A stretch of DNA of 64,000 bases from Camelus ferus (Eukaryota): the NCBI RefSeq assembly GCF_009834535.1, contig NC_045696.1, positions 47,742,001-47,806,000 on the forward strand, written 5' to 3'. This document shows, one piece after another, positions 13,541-24,266 of this stretch. A program made the translations under genes and the position numbers. Under the pieces are notes generated by a model. It did not search any database. It had not been told where the DNA came from and saw nothing but the letters and a program-made list of their open reading frames with translations. Numbering within the stretch: the stretch's first letter is position 1; the number at the start of each line of letters is the position of its first letter.

Positions 13541-14284
13541 TGTTGGACGTAAAATGCTGAGGTAGGAGCTTTGGTCTGGGAGGTGGGGGAAAGAGGAGAT
13601 GAAATATTTTCCATGAGCAAAAAGGAGGAAGATTTACAAAAGATAGAATTATTAGAGCCTAAAATAGCTATGCCTTATATTTTAAAGCCTACTTCTCTGC
13701 TGAGATTTATGTAATAGCATTTTTTCTTAGTTATTATACAATGCAGCAGGATAATTATGGTACAGAATACTGTTTTACTTTTAGATGATTCCAAGTAACA
13801 CTATCTTAAGCAATTACTGTACTTTCTTTTGTAACTGTAAATATTCTAAGCATAATTTATTTTAAAATATTTGTTAGTTATTGATAGTATTGGATCTACT
13901 TACCTAGCCACTACTTTTATTTTTAAAAACTTCCTCTTTTTTAACAGAATAAATCTACATTAAATATCTAACACTGTAACTAATACCTTTTCTTCAAAGA
14001 GAATGAAGAGAAATCTGTAGTCACCTATTAGCATATCCCAGCTAAACCCAAAATTTTAATGCTGGTCATTCCACAGTAATCAGCCCAAATGAATGGGAGT
14101 TTCTTAGTCTGTCCAAATCAATCCTGTCTTCCTACTTCTGCTGTCATTACCCGATTCAGGTCCAACTAATCTCGCATCTGGAACTATTCGAAGAGCTTCC
14201 AACTTTGTGTCTTTCACTCTGTCCTCCTCCTTTTTACCAACTGTCCTCCACACAAGTGACAAAGGAGTTTTCAAAAGTTAATCT

Positions 14285-14680
14285 GTGAACGGATAAACAA
14301 AATGTCGGCATAAACATACAAAATATTATTCAGCCTTAAAAAGAAATGAAATGCTACAACATAGATAAGCTTTGAAGATACTATACTAAGTGAAGTAAGT
14401 CAGACACTGTGTTGTATGGTTCCTCCTATTTGAGGTGCCTGGACTAAGCAAATTCATAGGGACAGAAAGTAAATAATGGTTACCAGGGGCTGGGTGAGAG
14501 GGCAATGGGAGTTACTTTTTAAAGGGTACAAAGTTTCTATTGGGGATGATAAAAAAAAGTCTGGAGATAGAGGTGATGGTTGCCCCACATGGTGAATGTA
14601 CTTGATATCACTGAATTGTACAATAAAAAATGGTTAAAGTGGTAAGTTTTACATTATGTATGTTTTATCACAATAAAACA
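14285..14680 (+). mobile_element. L1MB-like 3' end
   Basis: 'gataaacaaaatg...tattattcagccttaaaaagaaatgaa...ggttaccaggggctgg...aaaatggttaaagtggtaagttttac'. Confidence 0.8.
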
Positions 14681-15354
14681 ATGATTTTAAATGTACATCT
14701 GGTCCTATCATTTTCTTGTCCAGAAATGATAATAAATTATTTACAGAATAAAGTCCAAACTCCTTGATATGACAGTAATAATCCTTCAGAATGGAGCTCC
14801 AGTTTATCTTTACAACATTATCTCTGATAATCTACACCACAAACAACCCTACCTTTCAATCACATTGGCAGAGTGAGCGTCACTGAGACTTACTCTGGTC
14901 CTCTGCTCCTTGGCTCTCCAATCTCCTTCAGCCTGGAATATATGTCCATTGCTTCCACTCCCTTCCTCCTGGCTGTGGAAAGTTTATACCCTTTGAAGCT
15001 TAACTCGAAAGCAACTTCTCTGTGAGGCCTTCCCACCAATATCAAAATTAATCACTCCCCTTCCAATAGTCTAGTCACAATGTATCATCTTATAATTCTT
15101 TTTAAACTCTGAATATAATGGGAGTTCCTTAGCGGCAAGAGGTTTTTATTGTTTATCTTTCCATGCAATGATGATTACAAGAGCAGAAACTAGGGTCGGG
15201 CAAGTAAGTGAAGGTCTTATGACACAAAATTTGTAAAAGCCTAAGAGTTAATCTTTTCTTATATTTATGCTGTCTGATCTTATTTGCCTCATCCTAGTCT
15301 CAACTCCAGTGATCACCAGTTTACTTTGACATTAGTTAGTGCTTACAATGCATT

Positions 15355-15872
15355 GTATTAGTTTTCTATTACAGCATAGCTTATTTCCCCAAACCTAGCA
15401 GCTTACAACAATAAACAGCTATTATGTCATGTTTCTGAGAGTCAGGAATTTGGGGGTATCTTAGGTCAATTGTTCTGACTTAGGATCTCTCATGAGGTTG
15501 CAGTAAAGATATTAATGGGGGCTGTGGTCTTCTGAAGGTCTGACTGGAGCAAAAGCATCAGGTTCCCAGGTGGGTCACTTACATGGCTGTTGGTGGGATG
15601 CTTCAGCTCCTTCACATGTGGTCCAGCCCCTTGGGGATGCTTGAGTGTCCTCAGAACATGGCAGCTGACTTCCCTCAGAGCAAGTGACCCAAGAGTGGGG
15701 CACAGCAGAAGCTGTCATGTCTTTTATGTCTCAGCCACAGAAATCACACACTGTCCTTTCCTCAGTATCCTGTGGTTACAGCCCTACTAAGTGAAAAAGG
15801 GGACCACACAGAATAGGAATCCTAGGAGGCAGTGATCTTTGAGAATCGTCTTAAAGGATGGCTTCCACAGAC
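15355..15872 (-). mobile_element. MaLR LTR (MLT1F/G-like)
   Basis: 'tgtattagttttctatt...cccaaacctagcagcttacaac...gtcaggaattt...ctcatgaggttgcag...ggctgttgg'. Confidence 0.7.
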
Positions 15873-17808
15873 ATACTGGTTTGATTGTATCGATTAGATT
15901 ACCTAGTAGCAGGTTAGTATTACTTCTGATATCTGTTACTCTTATCTTCTAAAGTTTACATTTGTCTTTTATTTTTAAATCATTGAATAAATAAAACTGC
16001 TAACTTGTTATAAATGGAGAATATATCTGAGTCACTTTTCAACCCTCCATTAGTAGTACAGTGTTTTGCACCTAGAGGCAGCTTGAAGGATGTATAATAT
16101 ACAGAGAGGCTGTCATTTTCAATAGGTACCTATTTAGAACTCGAGCTTACTGGATTGACAAATAAACTAGAAACAATAGAGCTAATAACTAGAACCCTTC
16201 TCAGAGCACAAGGTCAAGATTGGGAAAATATGAGATCATACGGAATGTATAAGTAATGATCACTTTTTCTACAGAAGTTAAAGACTTCTGTTATTATTGT
16301 GACTGTTATCTGGCCCCAAGCATTCCTCTCTCAAGTCATAATACAGTGCAATGGCTCTGAAAGGGGACTCCCACCTCTCCCTCCTGCTACTCTGGCCTTA
16401 AACATATTATTTAACTTTTCTGTGCCTTAATTTCCTTGTTTCCAAAATAAAATGATTGATAAACTACTTCTTAGGTTTGTTGTGTGTATTAAGGTAAAAA
16501 TATTTAGCATGATGCTCAATAAATGTTAATGAATATTATCATTATTGTATTTATTTATATGAAACTCTAATACAGCTACCTCTAACCATTGTTTCCAGAA
16601 ATCGGTCTTGTAGATTCCTAATGCCACACTTTTGCACACATAGTTCTTTCAGCAAATTAAAAGACTTGTCCCTTCTCCCATTATGCTAAATATAATCACT
16701 TCCTCAAGGAATAGGATAAGCGATTTCCCTGACCTGCTTGTGCCCCGGTGCTCCTGTGCTTCGTATCAACACCTTCTCCTAAGCAGCTTTAAAAAAATCA
16801 AATCTTGCATTGCCTTGTTTTATTTTGTATCTTGGATCCTTCACCCCCTCTCCTATAGAGAGGAGGTCTCATATCTGACAGTTCACTATAACCTTGATCT
16901 ATACGGAGTATTGGTCAATGGAGACTTGCTAATGATAAAGATGTAGAATGCCTAATGTAACATTACCTACATTTAGATTCGTAATAAATGCTTCTTTATC
17001 ACAAGCAATGAACAGATTGTATTGTTACCACAAATCAGTCAGGAATGTGTTCATTCTTTATACTGATTCCAGTTACAACTCTGAACATGATTGTGTTTTA
17101 TTTAGGAATGAAAGCACAATATAGACTATTAAAATGTCAAGATCTTAAAGAAGTCTGGATTTTTTTTTAATATTTTTTTCCTTAATTCTAGAGTGGGAAG
17201 GAGATTGAAAATGCAAGCCTGTTCAATTTAAAGATGGCTCTATCAATGTTAACAATTTTAACCACAGTGCAAGATTTGGGAGCAGTCTAGTTCAAAATGA
17301 AAGATATGTTCTATTTTGGAAGGCTAAGGAAGCAAGAATAAGATTGTAGACTGCCAGGTTTGAACCAAGGGGTTTCTATCTATTAATTTATCCAATCCTT
17401 ACAGTAATCCTGTAATTATCTTACTGTGTTATTACTATTATATCTCTTTACAAGCAAGAAAACTAGAGCTCAGAAAAATTAATCAACTTGCCTAAAAAAG
17501 TGATAGAGTTGGAATTTGAATTTAAGTCTGCAGGCTCCCATACATGTACAGAAACTCTGAAAATCTCCATCCACCACACAGCATTGGCTTTCATGCTGTA
17601 CGATATGAAGGTCATACAGGATGGTGACAGTACAATGATGCCAAAGGACTGAGAAGCAGCCATCTCCTCCTCCAGGTCATAGACTTCCCAGGGTTTCCTT
17701 CTCAGGTGCCCATTCTCCCAAAGACCACAGCTGTGTTTCTTTAAGAGGAAACATTGAGAATGTAAACTATTGCCCTAAAAGATACTGTGCTCTTGGACTC
17801 AATTACAG

Positions 17809-17942
17809 GAGCACTGGGAGCACCATTTTTATTGGAGGACCCAGCAAACCAGTTCCTACGTCTCAAAAGACACATATATTTGCAGGATTACTGGGACCCA
17901 GATCACAGTCCGAATATGTGGGGAAAAACACTGGCTGATCAG
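17809..17942 (+). CDS. C3orf85: C3orf85 orthologue, second coding exon (ALGAPFLLEDPANQFLRLKRHIYLQDYWDPDHSPNMWGKTLADQ)
   Basis: Acceptor 'aattacag|GA' completes the phase-1 Gly codon; 134 nt open frame; donor CAG|GTATTT (phase 0). Contained in ORF 17787-18014. Confidence 0.92.
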
Positions 17943-19331
17943 GTATTTGTATTAGAAACAAATGGCCCTTCACCATCTCTCTTTCTAAGTAGGCATGGCA
18001 TCAGCTGGCATTAACCCACCACTAGGCCAATCCCTGATTTTTTCCTCTCTAGCTGTCTTGTACTATACCTGCTGTCTCCACCCCATGAATTAGTTTTTGT
18101 CGGTAAACTTCATCTCCTCCTTTAAGACTAAGATCAACTGTCCCTTCCTTTCTGAAGCCTTTCCCTTCTATCCAGGAAGGCATTTGTCCTTCCTTCTTCT
18201 CTCCCCTTTGCAGGCTATTGGCATGTGAATAGCTCTCAAATGTCACCCTGGAATTATTTGTCTCATGCACCCAGCCTCCTACCTAGACTACAAAGGTAAA
18301 GTGCTTGTCTTATCCATCAAGGTCATTATTCTCAAGTTTCAGTAAATTGATTATTGCCTATTTGGGTAGATGGATGGATGGGTCATGGTCACATTTTAGT
18401 TCCCTTTTAGTTGTTCAGTAGCTAATTTTCCTCTGTGGTAATTATCCAAGCCTTTAATGTCATTCCTTTGTTTGTTTGCTTTTTATACCTTTTCCCATTT
18501 ATTTGTATTCTCACTCCAAGAGAAATAAATAAGAAACTCATTAGCCAGTTTCATTTCATGCTTACATTTTGATGGAAGATGACACTGAAACTCTGGGCCA
18601 AATGAAATTGCTAAATTATCTGAGGATTTAAATTATTCAAGATTCCCCTCTTACAATTTAGCAATTTAGACAACAAAGAAGAACAATTAATTAATTCACT
18701 TATTTATTCTCTCCTTTCACATATATCAGGTTCTCACTATCACGAGGCATAAGGGTTATATAAAGTCATAAAGAAATTGAGTGTCCTTGTTTTTCTGGGG
18801 TCTGCGTCTTATCCTTACTCTGCTTCACTGGGTTTTAACTGGTATACTAGGATCAGCTTGTTTCTGCTTAGCACTTATTGATGAAAACCACCAGCTTGAA
18901 TAATGAACTTAGTTTTATGCCTATTTTTCTCCAACAGGCATCATTTAGAGGTATTAAAACAAGACATTTGTTTATTCTGAAAATTAAATAATTACTTAAA
19001 CTGGTAGGCTGTGTCTTCTTTACAGAATACTGAAATTTTCAAGTACTCTCCTGCCTGTAATTGTAGACCATTGCTGTAATTAGCTGACAGATACCATAAT
19101 GTAACAAGACTTTACTACATTGGTTCATACTGTGGCCGCACACATACTGCAAAGCATCTGAACACTGAAGTAAACAGATCACAAAAGTGTGAAACCAAAC
19201 CTCATTTGGTCTTATTCTTCCGATGTATGTCTCTCAGTCTTTTGGGAATAGCTGCATAATAGTCAGAATAATTGATGCAATGTATGTTCTACATACTCAG
19301 AGATCATGACTTGAGTCTCCTTTTGTTGCAG

Positions 19332-19421
19332 GCTCGTGAAACATGGACTGCTTTGAAAACAACAGCACAGCATTATCTGAATGTGAATATTTTCACCTTT
19401 GATACATCTACTGCCCAGTAA
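19332..19421 (+). CDS. C3orf85: C3orf85 orthologue, last coding exon (ARETWTALKTTAQHYLNVNIFTFDTSTAQ*)
   Basis: Acceptor 'ctccttttgttgcag|GCT'; 30 codons ending in TAA at 19419-19421. The spliced total is 90 aa. Confidence 0.9.
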   Translation, partial: ARETWTALKTTAQHYLNVNIFTFDTSTAQ

Positions 19422-19616
19422 ATGTGCTTTGCTGGTTAAACCAGGATAGCAAGAATAGTGGGAGTCAAAAAGTGATGCTATGCCCAAACCACCAGCTTTG
19501 GAGACCTGGGAGCAAATCCATGCCATTTACCAGATTATTTATTATGTCTGCTTCATGGACCTGTTGAAAGGAGTAAATATGAAAATCCATGTAGAGGCCT
19601 AGAATTAGAAGTTCTC

Positions 19617-19653
19617 AATAAATGGTAGCTTTTAAAATGAGAACTAGAATAAA
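19617..19653 (+). terminator. Candidate polyadenylation signals (AATAAA at 19617 and 19648)
   Basis: Two AATAAA hexamers ~200 nt after the stop codon. The first lies in a MIR-tail-like 'ctcaataaatggtagct'. Confidence 0.5.
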
Positions 19654-20193
19654 GACTGAAGAATAACATTTACAAAAAAGGGGGCTTTTGGGGAAAAGGA
19701 AATAAGAAACAAAAAAGTAGTGTTATTAAAATTCTCTATCCAAAAAGAAAAAAAAAACTGTTGTAGTTCTTGCTTTCTATTGCCTCTTCTTTGAGAAAAC
19801 GAGTAGACTTTTTAATTCAAGGAAGGAAAAGTGTTCTCTCAAATGGAGCTAGTCCTCTCCTCTTTTCTTCAGTACTTATCACTTCCTAAAGCCCGTCTAT
19901 TCTAAGAACATATTTTTGAAACTTTTTTTGTCAGAGCGTACTGATGTAGGCAATAGAGAATAAAACCTTAACTCATAATGGGGAGCAGATGACGATTAGG
20001 AAGCCCCTTATCTATAAGTCTTCCTTATAAAGTTTGAAATTTTGTGCAAGTCTTGCATTCTGATCCATAATATGTTTATGTTTGTTTCAATGTGAAATAA
20101 CAGTTTTAAAGAAATCTCACACTCATTATCAGTCACTCCCCATTCCCCCATGCCCCAGCCCCTAGTAATCAGTAATAAACTTTTCATAGCTAT

Positions 20194-20248
<55 letters not shown>

Positions 20249-20303
20249 AGAAGAAAGGAAGGAAGGAAGAAGGAAGAAGGAAGTAAGAAGAAAGGAAGAA
20301 GAC

Positions 20304-20381
<78 letters not shown>

Positions 20382-20448
20382 GAAGGAAGGAAGAAAGAAA
20401 GGAAGAAAGAAAGGAAGAAAGAAAGGAAGAAAGAAAGGAAGGAAGAAA

Positions 20449-20498
<50 letters not shown>

Positions 20499-20560
20499 GA
20501 AAGGAAGGAAGGAAGGAAGAAAGAAAGAAGAAAGAAAGAAGAAAGAAAGGGAGAAAGGAA
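20194..20560 (+). repeat. Compound (GAAA)n/(GGAA)n polypurine microsatellite, ~365 bp
   Basis: Directly visible; almost pure purine on the + strand. Confidence 0.97.
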
Positions 20561-20984
20561 CATTTTTAACCTACTGGTCAGGTTCTTTTATTAATCTTTC
20601 CAATAAAACTGAAAAATTAACTCTAAAGAAAAGTGGACTAAATTTATCCTATAGTTTTCCACATATCTATGAAATACCACTTCAGTAATCTAGTTTGAGG
20701 AGTACTGAGGAGATGATACAACCAATCACCAAGATTGCCCTCCAAAATCACAGATAAGTGGACTTTTTACCTTCAAAAGTCTATTTCTTTGTATATTTAG
20801 GTCAATTGTTCTCTGCAGGGATTTCTTTTGGTAAATAGAAGCATCCCACCAAGACCATAGTTGGTCTTATGTGGTCTTACACAGTCTCAAGCACTTTTCA
20901 GCAGGAAAAATCAGATGCCAAGAAGCTGCACAGTAAAGACTTTGGCCCAGCACTTCCTTCCCCAAAAGGGCACCGGAAGCTACT

Positions 20985-21360
20985 CAGTATTCTCCACGTT
21001 CTGTTCCATCCCTCTGTTTTATTTAGGCCTTCAACTGATTAAATGAGTTCAATCATATTACGGAGGGCAATCTGCTTTAGTCAAAGTCCACCAATTTAGG
21101 GGGAAGGGTATAGCTCAGTGGTAGAGTGCATGCTTAGCATACAAGAGGCCCTGGGTTCAATCCCCAGTACCTCCATTAAACAAACAAACATAAATTATCT
21201 CCCCAACAACAAAAAGATCTTTAAAAAAAAAAAGAAGTCCATCAATTTAAGTGTTAATCTCATCCAAAAACACCCTTACAGAAACACCCAAGAATAATGT
21301 TTGACCACAAATCTAGACAGAGTGGTTCAGCCAAGCTGACACATAAAACTGACCATTACA
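20985..21360 (+). mobile_element. MLT2 (ERVL) LTR 3' part, interrupted by a SINE
   Basis: 'ggccttcaactgatt...ggagggcaatctgcttt...gttaatctcatccaaaaacacc...gaataatgtttgacc...agccaagctgacacataaaa...ccattaca'. Confidence 0.75.
21099..21234 (+). mobile_element. tRNA-Ala-derived SINE (camelid Vic-1-like) with 15-bp TSD
   Basis: Head GGGGGAAGGGTATAGCTCAGTGGTAGAG...GGTTCAATCCCCAGTACCTCCA carries A and B boxes; A-rich tail; TSD AAGTCCACCAATTTA (21084-21098) / AAGTCCATCAATTTA (21235-21249). Confidence 0.9.
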
Positions 21361-22127
21361 ACTTACTGTAAGTTATTTAGACTGTCTACACATACTTTAT
21401 ACACACATGCACACACACACACACTCACATAGCTGTGACTGGAGCAACGTGTGGTGGAGAAAAAGAAAAGGACTTTCATTTGTTTCATTCAGTCTAACAC
21501 AAGAAAGAAGCTTCATGGATTGTGAGGCACTAATAATGTGAAATCATAAGGTAGCTGCTAAGTTGATTTTGATTTAGGTAACATTAAGGAGCAATTCTGC
21601 AATTAGGTTGTCATCTGATATAACAAGCATAGAAAGGGGGCTTCTTGTCTAAACATAATTTTGTGAGAAATTATTAGAAATGTACGTGGTATCAGAAAAC
21701 AAACAAAGCAAAAACAACGTGGTCTTCCTGAAATAATTTGTCTAGAAATCTAGTGGTTAACTTCCACATAGTGATCAGGAAGCAGTGACTATTCAGTTGT
21801 GTAGATAAGATTTAAGAAAACCCAGATACTACATATTTAGTGTCTACATACAAAATTAGCTTAGACTATAACAACTCTGAATTCAGTGTTTAAATAAACT
21901 GATTATATTGAGGTACCAATATTATGGCTAACTCAATTTAACTGATTATTTTCCAAAGACTCATGATTTTTACTTTGGTGGGGGACAGGGGGAGTGTCCT
22001 TTAAGTCCTTATCTAATATATAAAGCACCTTGTATGAGGTGCTTTAACTCTGTATCTAATTTATAAACCCTATGTAAAAGTCTGCCTCTTTGAAGACTGA
22101 AGGCTCTTTCAACATTTTTAAGAACCT

Positions 22128-22198
22128 AGAACAAACTATATCAGTCTGGACAAGGAAAGACAGAACAAACTATATCAGTCTGGACAAGGAAAGACAGA
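22128..22198. repeat. Perfect 34-bp tandem duplication
   Basis: AGAACAAACTATATCAGTCTGGACAAGGAAAGAC occurs twice (22128-22161, 22162-22195), followed by AGA. Confidence 0.95.
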
Positions 22199-22989
22199 GA
22201 GGATCAGAGACTACTCTTTTCCTTACTTACTTCCTGAGACTCTGTGGCTGGGATATTTACATGTTCTACTGCAGCATTAAGAACATAAGTGCTGTGGTGA
22301 CTGAATTCTTCTGAAGTACAAGGTTTTCAATCTGAGGTCTAAAAGGAATCATGGTGATTTGCCCTCTTAGTCTGATTGATTAAATAGGCTCACAATTTAT
22401 GCTCAAGTGACTAGTAAAAAAAAAAATATTCCCGCTAAATTAAGACTCCCCTGAGATTCTAGTGCATTTTGAGGCTCACTAGCCTCACTCTTGTAACATA
22501 AACGGTATTCTGCTAAGTTTTCCTGCCTTTTTTAATAGAACTAGTCAACATATATGTCAAAGATCAGACTGACTCTTTTAATGGTCTCTTGGACACTCCA
22601 TCCACTAGAATCCCTATAATGCTGTTTCATGTAGTTTCCCAGTGAACGTTTCAATGCTAAATTAGTCCAAGGAAACAATTCCAAGTCTTCTTCAATGCAA
22701 TTCATGAGAAGTACAGTTCTAATATTGTTATATATCCTGCTCAAAAACCTTGTCTTGTTTTAAAACTTTTGACTGATGAAGAGGGCAGAAAATAACATGT
22801 TTCTTACTAAGACACAGACTTTGCTGTATACTATACTAGACAGTTTTATACTTTATCATACTGCATCATGATAACATTCTGATAAGGTAGGTCCTGCAGA
22901 TCCCATCTTAAAGAAAAAAATTAAGGCTTAGATATACTACCCAGATAGAGCTAACTGGTATATATACCTCTAAAACAGCAATTACAATG

Positions 22990-23185
22990 TCTAGTCTTAA
23001 ATCCTGGCATCACTAGCTGTGCCATCTTGTGCAAGTCACTTACCTCTCCAGGCCTCAATTTCCTCTTCTTTAATATGGGAATAATTGGACCTACTTAATG
23101 TGGGGAATACATAAAATGATACACATGAAGCATTCAGAACAGTGCCTGGCATGTAAATAAACACTCTAATAAAAGTTAGCTACAA
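22990..23185 (+). mobile_element. MIR
   Basis: 'cactagctgtgccatcttgtgcaagtcacttacctctccaggcctcaatttcctc...agaacagtgcctggcatg'. Confidence 0.75.
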
Positions 23186-23893
23186 TTATAATCTTGTCAA
23201 CAGTTACATAAAAGTCCATGCTCTTTTCTGTATACCACAATTTTGCTCCAGAATTATGTTATCCAGAACTCAAAGCTCCCCATGATCTGGTCCCTCTCCT
23301 ATTATTTTATCTACTCCCCTCAAACAGTCTTGCTACTTTGCATCATTTATTGATTCACTTATTCACTTATTTAACAAGTACTGCTGCCAACTTTCTTTGG
23401 CCTGGTCAAGGCAGAGGTACAAAGAGGACTGAGACACAGTCCCTTCTCCATAGAGCTTTAAATTCAGAAGAGAGATAAGCATCTGCTGTATTTATACAGA
23501 TGAATTACAGAGACTCAAATAATAAATCATGTATGCACAGAGGATAGATAACTTACTCAGGGAAGGCTTCACTGAGGAGGAGGCTTTAGATTTAGGCTTC
23601 AAAGGATGCATAAGAGTAATATGTATATGCTGTCTTCATAATTAGAGTTTTTGTATTTTACTGTATTTTATATTTACAGTATTATACTTATACTATTATT
23701 ACTATAGCATATATTTATAATATCATAGTATAAGCTTTTTAAGATCAGAATTTATTTGAAATTTATATTTGCAACTTCAATACCCAGGACAGTGGCTGGT
23801 ATGCAACAAGAATTTGATAAATAAATGAGTACTGTTAAGAAGGATGCCTATCAGGGAGGTAAGGAGTATTCACACAATTTTCCTGTTACCATT

Positions 23894-24266
23894 TGCTATA
23901 GACTGAATATTTGTGACCCTTCAAAATTCATATGTTGCATTCTAATCCCCAATGTAATGGGTTTGGAGGTGGGACCTTTGAGGGTGATTAGGTCAGAGAG
24001 CAGAACTTTCATGAATGCAATTAGTGCCCTTATAAAAAAAGAAATCAGAGAGCCCCCTTGCCCTTTCTGCCATGAGAAGACACAGCAAGAAGATGGTCAT
24101 CTGTGAACCAGGAAGCCAGCCCTCATCAAACACCAAATCTACTGGCACTTTGATTTTCAACTTCTCAGCCTCTAGAACTATGAGAAATAAATTTCTTTCA
24201 TTTCTTGTCGTTTATCAGCCACCCAGTCTATGGTGCTCTTTTATAGTCACCCAAACAGATTGACAC
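23894..24266 (+). mobile_element. MaLR solo LTR (MLT1A-like)
   Basis: 'tgctatagactgaatatttgtgacccttcaaaattcatatgttg...ctgtgaaccaggaagc...cagcctctagaactatgagaaataaattt...cagattgaca'. Confidence 0.85.

Noticed and set aside
17787..18014. Single-exon 75-aa ORF as a complete gene
   Set aside because: Starts at a non-ATG codon in intron sequence; only 17809-17942 is exon.
20150..20569. 139-aa K/E/R-rich and 133-aa F/L/S-rich ORFs
   Set aside because: Translations of the (GAAA)n microsatellite.
21099..21176. tRNA-Ala(AGC)-like gene
   Set aside because: Has an A-rich tail, a TSD and imperfect stems; it is a SINE head.
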